The notes beneath the pieces are model-generated. The model saw only the letters and a list, made by a program, of their open reading frames with translations, was not told the DNA's origin and ran no database searches. A DNA stretch of 64,000 nt from Vicugna vicugna (lineage: Eukaryota): positions 1,139,523 through 1,203,522 of the forward strand of contig MU058463.1 in assembly GCA_013265495.1 (NCBI GenBank), read 5' to 3'. Positions 36,641 through 49,799 of this stretch are shown here, one piece after another. A program made the translations under genes and the position numbers. Numbering within the stretch: the stretch's first letter is position 1; every line of letters begins with the position of its first letter.

Positions 36641-37489
36641 TGTGATGAAAATCTAGTTTGAATAAATCCCTTGTTTTCTAACAAACAAGAGCATTGGATT
36701 GTGGTAAACTAAGAATTAGATTCTATTCTAAGATTCTTTTTACTCATCAAGTTCTTGTAAAATGCTTTTTTAAGCTCTAGCATTTTAATGTTGAAAAAGT
36801 TTGTATGCAAACACCATCATTGTCTCTAAAATATTTTGTATTTGATTAGACTCCAGTGTAGTTGTTAATAAAACTATCACAGCTGTTTCATAATGTCTTT
36901 ATTAATCTAATTAATTATGAGTTAATTCACATCTTCAGGAAATAAACACAAATAAAAGAATTCCTAGCAGAATGTTCAGTTGTAGTGTTAGCAAATACCA
37001 AAGAAATCAATCAAGACAGCGGTTTACTCAAAGCTTCATTTATAAAGGTATAATCAACCATATTTCTTGATCCCTCTGTCAGGAAGAATAAATGTTCAAT
37101 TTGTTTTCTGACCACTTACTCAAGTACCAAACACCTGTACGGTGTAGATACAGCATTAATCATTCTACCATCCATCTATGTCTTCTCTCAGTGTTTTTGT
37201 TTATCCTGCCATTATTGTTCTCAGCTCACCTTCAAGAGTTTTTCTATGGCTTATAAGAAAGTTTGCATTGATCCAAACTATATATGCACACCAAACTGCA
37301 CTGATGAGATCACATTCTTTTCATTAAGGATGTGTTCAAATTGTTTACTTATGCTGGATGTTTACCCAATTATAGGTCATTTGGTTTTTCTTCTGTTAGT
37401 AAAAGAGGGCATTTAAATATTTGAAAATATTATATTACACATAAAATTCATTTTAATTTCTACTAGAGATAAATGGGAATTGAGTAAAG

Positions 37490-37900
37490 AAAATTATGAG
37501 AAATTTAAATGATGCTTCTGATCTTGAAATGGTAGAGGATAAAAAGCAGCTATAAAAACAAGGAAATGAAAAACAAACTATAAAAAACAATGAGGAATAC
37601 AATGAAATGTAGCACATAAACAGAGAGAGCTATGGGAGTTAATAGTGAAAAACAAAAATGTTGGTAGCACAGGATATGTGAGATAGGAGAATAAAGAAGA
37701 AAATATAAGAATTATGTAGATGGAAAAATAATGGGCAAGAAAAAAAAGGAAATGTGGTACAAAATGGATCTGATCAGAAGTAAGAAGTAAAAATTGGTGA
37801 AGAGAAAAAGCAGAGAAAGAGGGTAAAAGAAAAAAAAAAAAACCAGAGAAAACTTACAGGGAACTAAATGTAAAGGGAAACTAAAAAAATGAAGAAACTT
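37490..37900. repeat. A/purine-rich low-complexity region
   Basis: Strong A/G bias with multiple A runs. Confidence 0.6.
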
Positions 37901-38249
37901 TACCCAGAGAACAACTACATGTGTTCATTAAATATGATCATTATATTTTCTGTGCTGTAGAACAAATAGCCAAGTGCCTGATTACTCCTGCAGCACTAGA
38001 GCCATAATCACAAATTCCTAAAGGAGCCTCACAAGCAGTACGATTAATGAGACATCTGGTGGAGAGAATATGCTTCCAGCTCTAGTCAGTCGATGCCATT
38101 GCAGGAATGGAGCCCAGTGTTTCCAGTTCTTATCTTTCAGTAGTAAATGGGTGTGTTTGACATTTTACACCACTGATTCCAAATCTGTACTTCTCTTTTT
38201 CCTGTCACATGAAAAAAAAAAAAGATTTTTGAGGGGACATCAAGTGCCC

Positions 38250-38600
38250 AACATTAGCAATTACATTCTCAGCCTTCTTCTCAGTTAGGGATAGCTATGT
38301 GAATCCATCAGTCAAAGAGTACATCAGCTATAGTGTGGTCTGGAAAGTGACAAGCTTTTGTTTTCCTCATAAAAAACGCTGATGTGGCCAGCCTCTTCTC
38401 TGTATTCCTCTTCCTTACTTTAATAAGATGTACTGTTTGGAGCTGTGGCAGCCATCTTGGGTCCATGAGAATTGACACTGCTGAACAGCTGAATCAAAAA
38501 CAACTCTGGATTTCTTTGTGAGAAAAATGAACTCTCTTTTGGAAAAGCTACTACTAGTCAATTACTGTGTCAATTGAAGCCCAACATACTCTAAATACTG
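38250..38600 (+). mobile_element. Old MaLR LTR (MLT1J/K-like)
   Basis: tggagctgtggcagccatcttgggtccatgag...ctctggatttctttgtgagaaaaatgaac. Confidence 0.65.
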
Positions 38601-39467
38601 TAGTGGAAATCTACAGTGTTGGGTAAATTTTTTTAAGTGTTGTTCATGTTTTAATGCTATTTTTGACAAAATAAATATGTCTACAAGATAGATCCTGACC
38701 ATAGACTACAAAACTTTGACCACCTATCAATTCATTTTGGTGAATGAACCAAAATTTCCCATTCTAAATGAATGTTTTACATTCAAAGTAGCTGTTTGTG
38801 AAAAAAACTAAACTCTAAAGAATTCTATGGATATTTTTGTTCTTACTGAATATAGATCTCCTTGTATAACTAAGATTTTTTCACATCTATATAAATGTAT
38901 TTTTCAAGTTTTCCCTTTGCCATTACATGTTGTCCACAGTGTCTCCTTTTCTGTTTGTTACTTTAACTGCTCTGAGTCCTCTTTGAGATACGGATTCAGT
39001 TCTTACTTTAATCAGAATGTGTTTCCCCCAAAGGAGTACCAGATGTTCCCCAACTCCAGAGACTGTAGAGGGCACACAACCAGGACAGCAAGGAAAGAAG
39101 CAAGATGCAGATATCATTAATAAGACCTACAGCCAGTGTTTTGCAGAATACCCTGTGGAAAACCAGGTTCCTTCAGGAAATGGCCATTGATGAAACACTA
39201 TTAAAGTGAAACACTGAGCAAGTGCCAAGAAAGCTTAAAGCACTTTTTCAGAATAGCAACAAGGATATAAAGAACAGAAAGTGGAATCACAATAAAGAAG
39301 GATATGGTGAAATAAGAACTTTGGGCACACTGGGAAGAATTAAGACCTTGCATGATACACAAAAAGAGATATACTCTGGAATAGATGTAAAATTAATCTC
39401 TAATTCCACTGGCCTAGGAAATTTCAAGCTACTTACCAGTAAGAAATTTTAAAGTTTTGTCTATAAC

Positions 39468-40150
39468 TGTGGGTATGTTGTAATGTATATATTTATCATT
39501 TGGTTTGGGGTGATTCTCAGATTGAGTTTGCACTGCATTGCCTGACTCCTTTGTCTATGATTGTGAGTGGTTAGAATTCATGGGAAGGTAAGAAACTTCC
39601 TGTCACCAATCTCAGCCAGCATCACAGCAGCTGTAGAACAGAGCATCCAGCTTCTCTTGCCACTGTTATCAACAGCTATGGCATGGCTCTCAAAAGCACT
39701 TACATCAGTCAACCACATTTTTTAGTTGTTCTGAGTATCAGATCTCAGGTCTAAGCACCAACAGTGCTGTGGTCTTTTCAGAAATCTGAGCACTAGCTAT
39801 GTGATATATTCCTCAGACATCACACAGTATGATGATCAGTTCCAACAGTCCATTTCTACAGAGAAGTCTCCACCCTTTTTTTTTGTTGTCTCAACCTAGA
39901 AGTGGTAACAGCTTCCTGCAATTAATAATACCTGGGTTATACTGAGATTGCCTTTTTTTAATCTTCCACTGTGCTACATGTATAACTAATTCCTTTTATC
40001 AAATCCTATCTGTTTACATAGCATGTAAGGATATTTCAAGTGTAACATGATGATTTGATATACATATACGTTGTCAAAAAATTCCCCTCATCAAGTTTAT
40101 TGACATATCAGTGTGGTTTTAATAGTCTTGAGTGGACCTTGAATTCTAAA
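39468..40150 (+). mobile_element. ERV-L LTR (LTR50/LTR41-like), interrupted by a short antisense L1 3' fragment at ~40021-40110
   Basis: cctagaagtggtaacagcttcctgca...taattccttttatcaaatcc...agtgtggttt...ggaccttga; related to the LTR at 45150-45470. Confidence 0.6.
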
Positions 40151-40164
40151 GTATTTATTAAAGG

Positions 40165-40430
40165 GAGCAGGCTTTATCCTTCACCCATCAGCATACTGAG
40201 GGATCTAAGATAGCTGCTACCTCTCTGCTCATTAAATTCACTCATAATGATGTCAGCAATGTGGTAGACCAGCATGATCTATGGGATATCAAGGTGACTA
40301 AGACCTGGGCAGACTAGAACATGGTGGAGAGTGTAAAGTTGACACAGCCTTGAAGCAAGACTATGAAGATACATAAGGTTGCTGCTGCAAGGTGAAATGA
40401 ATACTTTACTAACACTGAAAATTGGTCTAC
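40165..40430 (-). pseudogene. ERV-L reverse transcriptase fragment
   Basis: Minus-strand translation gives FIVLLQGCVN (LPQG-like) and MLVYHIADII (YIDD-like), matching the order of ERV-L RT motifs. Confidence 0.75.
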
Positions 40431-40432
40431 AA

Positions 40433-40640
40433 TGGGATTCTACAAACTAAAGCCACCAGACCAAACCCAGCCCACTGCTCTTTTTAAAAGTTTTATTGGA
40501 ATACTGCCATATTTAATCATTTATCTGTTGTCCTTGGCTGACTATGTTATAATAACAGCAGAGTAGCTGTGTTAGAGACCAGATGGCCTTTAAATCCTAT
40601 TTATTCTATGGCCCTTCACAGAAAAAAATTGCTGACCCCT
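40433..40640. mobile_element. MER58A-like hAT MITE
   Basis: aaagttttattggaatac.gccat...tatggcccttcacagaaaaaaattgctgacccct. Confidence 0.8.
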
Positions 40641-41077
40641 TTTATCAGTTTCCTAGGGCTTCCATAACAAAATACGACAAATTTTGTGGCTTAACTAACA
40701 GGAATGTATTATTTTCTGGAGGCTAGAAGTCCCAAATCAAGTTGTTAGCAGGGCCACACTTCCCTTGAAAGTGCTAGGAGTAGATCTGTTCCAGGCCTCT
40801 CTCCTAGCTTCTTGTAGTTCTCTGGTTTGTGGTAGCATAACTCTAGTTTTCATGTGTTGTTTTCCTATGTGTATGTCTTTGTGCAAATTTCTCACTTTTA
40901 CAAGAATCCCAAAAATACTAGAGTAGGAACCCAACCTACTCCAGTATACCTCATCTTAACTGTATCTGCTACAGCCCTATTTCTAAGTAAAATCATATTC
41001 TGAAGTACTCAGGGTTAGGACTTCAAATGAATTTGAAGCAGAGTTGGGGGGAGGGGGACAATTCATCCCATAAGACA
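40641..41077 (-). mobile_element. MaLR solo LTR (MLT1C-like)
   Basis: agtttcctagggcttccataacaaaatac...tctggaggctagaagtcc...gggttaggacttcaa...gggacaattcatcccataagaca. Confidence 0.85.
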
Positions 41078-41084
41078 CTTGGTC

Positions 41085-41740
41085 CAGAAAACTCATATGC
41101 TAAAATCCATAACAGCACACAATGTTCCAAAGGCCACATTGACTTGTTTCTAAAATTTACCACAATTGGAAAAGCAGCTGCAATTTATGTCACTCTCTGT
41201 TTAAGATTACACTAATCCACAATCATTACTCAAGATCCATTCACCCACAGCAAAGTGAAAGGAGCGATTTTAAAAAGTTGTTATAGGAACCCTGTCCCTT
41301 CATCTTTGATGGCAGCACTAATTCCTGCAACCCCCACCGAGGTGTGGCTTTGCTTTTCGTTTAGTGTACTAATAATGAGAAACATTTTCAGGGGCTTCCA
41401 TGAATGTTCTTCTACCAAAATAACTCACCATACAAGTAACAGGACCACAGGTAAGTATTCTGCCAGTTTCTATAACTGTATAATTAGAAACTGTCTCTAT
41501 AACAACAGAATATTTATGCAGACACACTGAACACACTATGAGATAACCTTGGATCAAAACTACTTTTTTGAATTGACTTCCAGAATACTCAAAAAGGCCA
41601 ATGGGCCATAATGCCATTTTTGGTTTCTAGGTACTAGTGTCAAATTGGAGTCAATGTCTAGAAATCTAATAAATCGTTTCTTTCTATGATACACAATAAA
41701 CATAGAAAAGACTGCAAGTGCTTGTGGAGAAAGACTATAG
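41085..41740 (-). pseudogene. ERV-L protease / RT N-terminal fragment
   Basis: Minus strand FLDIDSNLTLVPRNQKWHYGP (cf. ERV-L LLDTGSELTLIPGDPKRHCGP), GVAGISAAIKD, NGS*VMIVD*CNLKQ, IAAAFPIVV. Confidence 0.75.
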
Positions 41741-41755
41741 GAAGATTTATAATTT

Positions 41756-43845
41756 ATATATATATATATATATACTTCCAGTTTTGTTGAAATATAATTG
41801 ACATAGAGCACTAAGTTAAAGTGTACAACATAATAATTTTACTTACATCATGATTACAATGTAAGTTTAGTGAACAGTCATCATCGCATATAGATACAAA
41901 AGAAAAAGGAAAAGAAAAAATACTTTCTTTGTGATGAGAACCCTTAGGATTTAAGCTCTTAAGTTTCATATATTATAACATAGAATAGTATTATGTTAAT
42001 CATGTTTTACATTACATCCCCTTGTACTATTTACATCCCTAGAACTTACTTATAACTTGAAGTTTGTACCTTTTGACCAACTTCATCTAATCCCCCTATT
42101 CTCCACCCTGTCTCTGGATGATCTGATCTCTTTTTCTATGTTTGGGTTTTGTTTTTGGTTTTTGTCTGTTGATGTATAATTAACCTACAACACTATGTTA
42201 TTTCCCAGTGTACTACATAGTGATTCAGTATTTCTATACATTACAAAATAATCACTATGACAAATCTAATAACTATCATCATAACAAAGATTTACATTTT
42301 TTTTGCCCATATTACCCATGTTGTACATTTCATACCCATGACTCATTTATTTTATAACTAGAATTTTGTACTTCTCAATTTTCCTCACCTACTTTTCACT
42401 TATCCTTCCACTCTTCTTCCCTCTGGAAGCCACCTGTTTATTCTCTGTATCTATGACTATGTTTCTGTTTTGGTATGTTTGTTCATTTGTTCTGTTTCTT
42501 CAATTACATATAGAAGTGAAAACATACGGTATTATGTCTTTCTCTGCCTTATTTCACTCAGCATAATACTCTCTAGGTCCATCCATGTTGTCACAAATGG
42601 CAAGATTTCATTGTTTTTATGGCTGACTAATATTCCATTACACACACATGTCTTTATCCATTCACCTAGTGATGGAGACTTAGGATGCTTCCATACCTTG
42701 GCTATTGTGAATAATTCCACAACGTACAAAGGGGTTCAGATTTTGTTCCCTTTGGAAAAATATCCAGAAGTGGCACTGCTGGATCATATGGTAGTTCTAT
42801 TTTTAATTTTTTGAGAATCCCCCATATTGCTGTCCATAATGGCTACACTAATTTGCATTCCCATCAACAGTGCAGAAGGGTTTCCTTTTCTCCACATCTT
42901 CACCAACATGTGTTATATGTTGTCTTTTTGATAACAGTCCTTTGGACAGGTGTGAGGTGGTATCCCACTGTAATTTTGATTTGCATTTCCCTGATGATTA
43001 GTGATGTTAAATATATTTTCATGTACTACTGGCCATTTGTGTGTCTTCCTTGGAAAAATATCTATTCAATCCCTCTGCCCATTTTTTTAAACATGTTGTT
43101 TGGTTTTTTCTGATGTTGAGTTCTTTGTACATTTTGGATACTAACTCCATATCAGATATATTCTTTGCCTTATAATACAATCCTTTGTATTTCCATGGGG
43201 CTAGTTGTAACTTCTTTTTCATCTCTGATTTATTTGGGTCCTCTTTTTTTTTTTTTTTTTTTGATGAGTCTGGCTAGAGGTTTATTAGTATTTTTAATCT
43301 CTTCAAAAAATCAGCTCTTACTTTTATTGATCTTTTCTATTATTTTTTAGATGGTTTTATTTAGTTTTGCTCTGACATTTTATTATTTCTTTCCGTCTCC
43401 TAACTTTGGGTTTGTTTTGTTCTTTTCTAGTTTGTGTGTTAGGTTAGATTGTTTATTTGAGATTTCTCTGAATTCCTGAGGTAGGCTTGTATCAATATAA
43501 ACATCCTTTTCAGAACTTCTTTTGTGCTGTCTCATCGATTTTTGGATCATTATTTTTCCATTTTCATTTGTCTTCAGGTATTTAATTTCCTCTTTGATTT
43601 CCTCAGCAACTCGTCAGTTGTTTGGTAGCATATTGCTTAGGCTCCTTGTGTTGTTATTATGTTTTTTCCAGTGTTTTTTTTTTTTAATAGCTGATGTCTA
43701 GTATCATATTTTTGAGATTGGAAAAGATACTTGATAGTTCAGTCTTAAATTTACAGAGTTTTGTGGACTAACATGTGATCTTTCCTGGGGAATATTCCAT
43801 GTGCATTTGAAAGATAAAGTGTATTCTGCTGCTTTTGAATAAAAC

Positions 43846-43881
<36 letters not shown>

Positions 43882-44417
43882 ATTAATGCAAGTGGGGTTT
43901 TAAAGTCTCCTGTGATTATATTACTGTCAATTTCTCTGTTTATGTTTTTAATATATGATCTATGTATTTAGGTGCTTCTATGCTGGATGCATATATATTT
44001 ACTATTATTATGACTTCTTTTTGGATTGATCACTTTATCATTATGGAATGCCTGTCTATGTCTCTTGTTACAGTCTTTGTTTTTAAAGTCTATTTTGTCT
44101 GATCTAAGTATGGCTACTCCAGCTTCCACTTTCATTTCCTACTAGATTTATAAGTAGTTCATCTACCACCTTTACTATATATTTGCTTTACCAATGAGAT
44201 TTTTTCCTTTTGTAATTTCATATCATGTTATGGTCTTTCTTTTTCATTTACAGAAGACCTTTTAACATTTCTTATAAAGCTGGGTTAGTGGTGCTGAATT
44301 CTCTTAGCTTTTGCTTGTATGCAATACTCTCTCTCAAATCTAAATGACAGCCTTTCTAAGTACAGAATTAATTGTGTTCTTTCCCCTTTTCATCATTTTA
44401 AATATATTGTGCCATAT
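41756..44417 (-). mobile_element. L1 with internal deletion of most of ORF2 (RT region missing), 5'-truncated in ORF1
   Basis: 3'UTR with two related subunits at 41775-42500, ORF2 C-terminus at ~42520-43165, jump to the EN-proximal ORF2 at ~43180-44130, ORF1 end at ~44150-44415; TSD gatttataattt (41744-41755) / gatttatatttt (44418-44429). Confidence 0.85.
43849..43878. repeat. (TA)n microsatellite within L1
   Basis: tatatatatatatatatatatatata. Confidence 0.9.
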
Positions 44418-44439
44418 GATTTATATTTTTGAAGAGACT

Positions 44440-45050
44440 ATGACATCTCCTTCAAATAAATTGAAAACTGAGTGAGAGGCCATGACTGTCCACTGTGATG
44501 ATTCAAATAGCATTTCTGTCTACCAAATACAGGGTTTGTTTGTTACATAGATCAAGTAATGCTTTAATAGTCTCCTGATCTACTTCAGTCTTGGAATCCT
44601 GAGATTAATTAGCACCTGCCAAAGATTTGTGAGAGTCAAAACATTCTTATTTATATCTTTGTTTCTAATGCCCATTATAGAATGTGTGCACCCCTTCTTT
44701 AGCATGTAAATGTTCCCTCAAACACATTCCATCTGGCATCCTTCACCCCTGCTGTGAGAAGACAGCTCATCTCAATGGTGTCATTTCTACCATCTTCCCC
44801 AACCTACACAGGGGAACAACTGTTGCCATCATGCATTTCAGTGATGCTGCCCTTTCTACTCAATCATGTATAATAAGTGCCTTAGGGAAAGAGGTATCCT
44901 TTTGGCCCTCTTTTGCTACATAATTGGGGAGCAGATGGCACATGATACATCTATTCCTACGTTCCTATTTCCCTAAGCTTTTGGATTTTTTCCCTCTGTA
45001 TTATGTTAGAGAATTTCTGATATTTCAGCCTCACTGAATGTTGGCAACCA
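44440..45050 (-). pseudogene. ERV-L gag fragment
   Basis: Minus strand KLREIGT*E*MYHV, EGQKDTSFPKAL, NVLTLTNLWQVLIN, EVDQETIKALLDL resemble ERV-L Gag (RLREIGMLEWI, PEDTPFT.AL, DLWHWLINHG, FLLDLY). Confidence 0.7.
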
Positions 45051-45149
45051 TTAAGCCCAGATTTCAGTCAACAAAGCAAACAAATTATTAGAGCAGATTT
45101 AACATATTAAACCCAGAGTCTCTGAGAAGTATGCCAAATGAACAAATTT

Positions 45150-45470
45150 GGCCCTTTCCAATTATACATTTTGTATTCTTTCAAAATTCATCCTTAGAAT
45201 TTATTCCCACTGATATACTCTAGGCTACCATGATATACACCAACAAAATCTGAGCCTTTTTGTTCTAGTAACACCATCTCTCCCCTTTATTATGTCCTTG
45301 GCTATTGTAATGATAACTGCTTCCAGCAGTTACTAATCTTTGGGTTATTTCATCATCTGGCTTTTGCTATTTCAGCTTTCCAACATCATCTATTTAACCA
45401 ACTTATTATATGAAATTCCCTCTATTTGACATACTTGTTTATGTTTCCTGGCAGAATTTAGACTAATTGA
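45150..45470 (+). mobile_element. ERV-L LTR 3' portion (related to 39468-40150)
   Basis: gataactgcttccagcagttactaatctttgggttat...aaattccctctatttga...tgtttcctggcaga...gactaa. Confidence 0.55.
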
Positions 45471-46299
45471 GTTACAGATGAATGTATCCAGATTGAACAA
45501 ATTGAAATGAAAACAATTTAGAATATGCTAAAATACTTTTGGTCTTAATGATATTGTTTTTAATGTTTACCTCTAGTGTTTTCTATTTTGATAAGCTGTT
45601 ATTGAATTAATTCGCTTAATAGTCAGAAAGAAAATTTGTTTCATCCAGTTCAATTTGCCATCACAATTCTGAGTTTCATTTCATTACTAAGATCAAATAT
45701 CCAAAGTTAATTCTCATATTCTGCTTATTTATATTTCTTTGAAATTTTTGATTACTTCTATTCTACCTTTGAATTTGAATAGATGAAGTACATACAAATG
45801 ATAGGCACCTTTTTAAATATTTAAACACATTATTGCCTAAACCCTTAATCCTCTTCCTTTCCTAGCTCTCAATATTTTAAATTGCTACAAGGGAAACATT
45901 TTATCTTGTCAATTTAAAAAAATCTAATCCACTTAACTGAAAATAAATTTGTATTATATAATACTAAAAATTTCTAGCAACATCTCCTCCCACTTGTCTA
46001 CCTCTTGAGGAATATTTATTCAATTATTGTCTTTCTTTTTGGGTTATGGAAATGTTTTGGAACTAGTTAGTACATTCACAATATTGTACAAACATCACAC
46101 CATCAGGAGCTCAGGTGAATTGGAGATAGCTGAGGGTGCCAGGAGTCAGAGTTGGGGACAGAAAGATAGGCAAGATGCTCTTTCCTCTAGGAAATTCTTT
46201 AATATAATTGAAGATGTATACTATACAAAACCTCATGAATAAACTCCAGAAACATCAGTTGTTAGTAATAAGAAAAAAATGATCTTATAAATCACAGAT

Positions 46300-46862
46300 A
46301 TGAATATGATACTTTTCTTCATAAAATCTTTCAATGTCTTCCCACTGGCCTTGGAAAAAGACCAGTTTCCTCAGCTGGGTAAGAGGGCCCTCATGTCCTA
46401 GTCTTGGCTCTGCTCCAGTCTCACCACTTCCCCGTCTTTTTGTCTTGTACTTTGTGCTCCAGACATACTACTGGAACTTCTTCCAGTTCTTAAGAGTTCC
46501 CAGCACTCTCTCTTTTGGGCCTCCTCTGACAGGCTCACCCTTACACTTTGCTTGGTTGGCACTACATCCATCAGGTCTCAGCTCAGTATCAGTCAATTAT
46601 ACACATTCTCTTTGCTTCCTTGAGCAGATTAAATGTACTTTAGGCTCTCAAGGACATAACTCTTACTAATGCTGAAACTCTTATTATTGTTGATTTTAGT
46701 TATAAGTTTGGTGTCTGTTTTCCCAAGCAAAGGGTAAGTTGTATGACAATATGGTATATGTGTTACCTGACAAAAACATGGACTGTGTTTGCCATGTATG
46801 TTGAGTGCCTAGCAAAAAGCCTGGATCATTTCAGGCCAAAAACCAATTTATTGCATAAGTGA
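46300..46862 (+). mobile_element. L2 3' region
   Basis: aaatctttcaatgtcttcccactgg...gctccagacatactactggaacttcttccagttc...agtgcctagcaaaaagcctgg. Confidence 0.7.
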
Positions 46863-47644
46863 ACTTGTATTTAGTACAATGGTTGTGGCCCCAGTTTTGG
46901 ATAATAAGGCATGAAAATTGTTAGGTAATTTAGGACAGATTTGCTTAAAAGGACAAAAGTGGTTTTAATGGGAAAGCGGCATTTAAATTGTTAAAAGAGA
47001 TAAGAAAAAGAATGCCAGAAGAGTTGTACTATCCCCTAAAACAGGTGCCATATGGACAGGGAAGACAATGAAGAGAGAGTAAAGGTAGTCTTCCTTTAAG
47101 GACTGATGAATTATTAGTGTTTGCATGAATATATTTAACCTTCCATCCATTATGAGCTCATACTTTATAGATTCTCTAAGTAGTTCCATACCTTGTATTT
47201 TTTTTATTTTTTTGCAATTTTTAAATGAAATCTAGGGTATTATATTTTATTTTGGGGTTATTCTTAACAAACAATTTAATCAACACCTTCTAGTTGATTC
47301 CAGCTGAGTATAGACTTAGCAGTTCTGCTTGCTGCTTTTACTTGTTATGAACAAGGTCACTATTGGCATTTGGTTAGGTGATTCATCTTTTCAGTGAGGA
47401 AGCTTTATGAGACCTAGAAGACAATTTGCATTCTTGGCCTCTGGGCACTGCCTGCTTTTCACCCTTTGTAATCCTGATAACCTTCACACTCATACATTTG
47501 TAAACAATCCCAGTCACCCAGGCCCCCAGAAGAAGGGGAAGTATTGCTTCTCCCACTTGGTTACCATTTAACTTTTAAATTAAGTAGGGAAGTAAATTTA
47601 AAAAAACATTTTGATGTCATTTTATAATAAAATATCCATTTAGC

Positions 47645-47822
47645 TGAGCATTTTTATCCGCAGAAGGGATTGGTTTCAGAACCGCTGTGGATACCAGAAT
47701 TGCAAATGAGCAAATCCCTTAAACAAAATGGTACAGCAGAGTCACCCCCTGCTGCTTATCCTCCCACAGCCCTTTTCCCCCATCAGGGATGCAGAACCTG
47801 TGTGTAAGGAGGGCCTATTGTG
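47645..47822. mobile_element. MER2-like (Tigger-family) MITE, internally deleted
   Basis: tatccgcagaagggattggtttcagaaccgctgtggataccagaat...gatgcagaacctgtg.gta.ggagggc. Confidence 0.7.
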
Positions 47823-49065
47823 TAGCTATGTGTTTTCTTGACACACATTTTTAAAACAGTGTTAGAAGAAAAATAGTATCAATACCTATTTGACCAGTTG
47901 ACTTACTAAGAATGCTTGTATTATTCACACATATTTCCACACTGTGTGCATCCTTTACAAACAGCATTACCCCATCTACATTTATTTACAAAATAATTTA
48001 AAAGAGAGAGAAATTTAATCATAGCCTTTTTTAACGAAAATAATTTTAGTGCTCATCTGGCTGATTTTAAAGATTATAAAATTTTAAATAAGCTTTTATC
48101 TGATGTCATATTATATCAATTAAACCGATCTTGTGCGTTTTTGGGAATAGTTTTATATTTGTATGTACACTGTAGAAATTAAATGTAAATTCACTGGCGT
48201 ACTGCAAATATTCTCCCTGTTATAGTTAAGATTCTATTAGCATATGCAAAAACAAGTCTAAACTAATTCCCATACTTCCTTTTGAGAAGTATCCTGTATC
48301 TCCATCATTTTTCTTTGTACATAATACATTTTATGTTCCATTGTATTTTATAGAACTGTTTCAGCTCAGCATTTTTTTGCTTTCTCCACAGATTTTTCAC
48401 CTTAAGGCTTTTTTAAGCAATAGAGTTTATCTTGCCAATCGATAACTTAAGGTTTTCATAAAAAGCACTCTCTCTCATCCAAGAGTTCATTGCTCTAGTA
48501 TCATAAAAACAATAATCGGAAAAAAAAAGTCCGCTCTTTGAGATAATGTGGCATTAAAGCCCTTTCCTATGTCTTTTTTTTTCTCTTTTCAAAGTCATGA
48601 CCATAGATTTCAACCATACTCTCAAATTACTCTAAAAAGTTCAACACTTAGAAGAAAAGGCTTACAAAGCACAAAAATTTATACAGAGATACATTATGGA
48701 CATTTCATTGTTGTATTGTTCTTAGAAAACAATCACATTATATAAATGCATTGATACATATCTATTATATTATCTAGTTTTATATAAAATGCACTTACAA
48801 ATGTAGGCTATATTAGGGATGTGCATAAAGTATCATCCTTAGTTTCAATATTTTAATAATATCTAAGATATTTTCTTTCCAAAAAAATAGCATAGAGTTC
48901 TCCCTAAATATGGAATGAAGGGATCCAAATAACTAGATCTTCAGTAATTTTGCAATGTCAAGGGAGAAGAATCATCTAGTATCTCCTTGGTTCCCATTCA
49001 AAACCTTAAAGTTACATGGCTGTCAAGATTTTTCTTATCTAATGTTGTCCTTGCCTTATAATGGT

Positions 49066-49500
49066 TGTAGGGGAGGAAAAATAATTTTCAACCATTTTGA
49101 GCTCTCAGCTGAGACTCTTTAACAAAAGACAGATTATCACAAGAAAAACAAAAATGTATTAATGAGTATGCCCCATGTAAACATGGGAGATATCCAGGAA
49201 AAAGTGAGTAACTTTCAGAGATGGCTTAGAATTCAGACTTAAATACCATCTTAATAGGGAAAGGTGGCGGGGGGTGGGGGGGATGCCTCTTAAACAGAGC
49301 TTAAAGAGATGTTAACTTGTCTCCAAGAGGTTACATGGTTCCTGTGGAGGGATTCTGCCTTAGCTGCAGCAAGCTAACAAACCTAGCTTGGACTGTAGGT
49401 CTGTTCCTGGCGGTCTTTGATTTGTGGACTTTGGCAGGCCATTCAGTGATCAAGAACTTGAGTACTGGATTTAGACTACATGTTTTCAAATACTGCACTC
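49066..49500 (-). mobile_element. ERV1-class LTR (MER34-like)
   Basis: tgtaggggaggaaaaataattttc...aacaaaagacagatta.ca..agaaaaac...catgggagata.ccagg...gagtaact..cagag.tggcttagaa; right boundary uncertain. Confidence 0.65.
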
Positions 49501-49799
49501 ATTCACCCTGTACCGTGAGAGAAATAGACTTCTTTCCTTCTACTTTTAAGCCAATAGGTTATAATTTCTATTAGTAACAGTAGCTTGGCTTAACCTAGTT
49601 GTGTCTGTATGTGTTTATACATATTCCAGTGAAAAAGCAACCCATGACTCCACACCATTTCTTAATACATAAAACAAATTCCTGATTCGGAGTATCTAAA
49701 CAGTAAGACATAAGAAGTAACCACCAAAAATACATTTTAAAAAAAGAGAAATTTTCTCCTGTGTAAAATGAACAAAGTAGAGAAAAATATTTTTTAAAA

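Noticed and set aside
47741..47755. Second CTCF-like motif (gcagcagggggtgac on the minus strand)
   Set aside because: Mismatches at key core positions and lies inside a MER2-like repeat.
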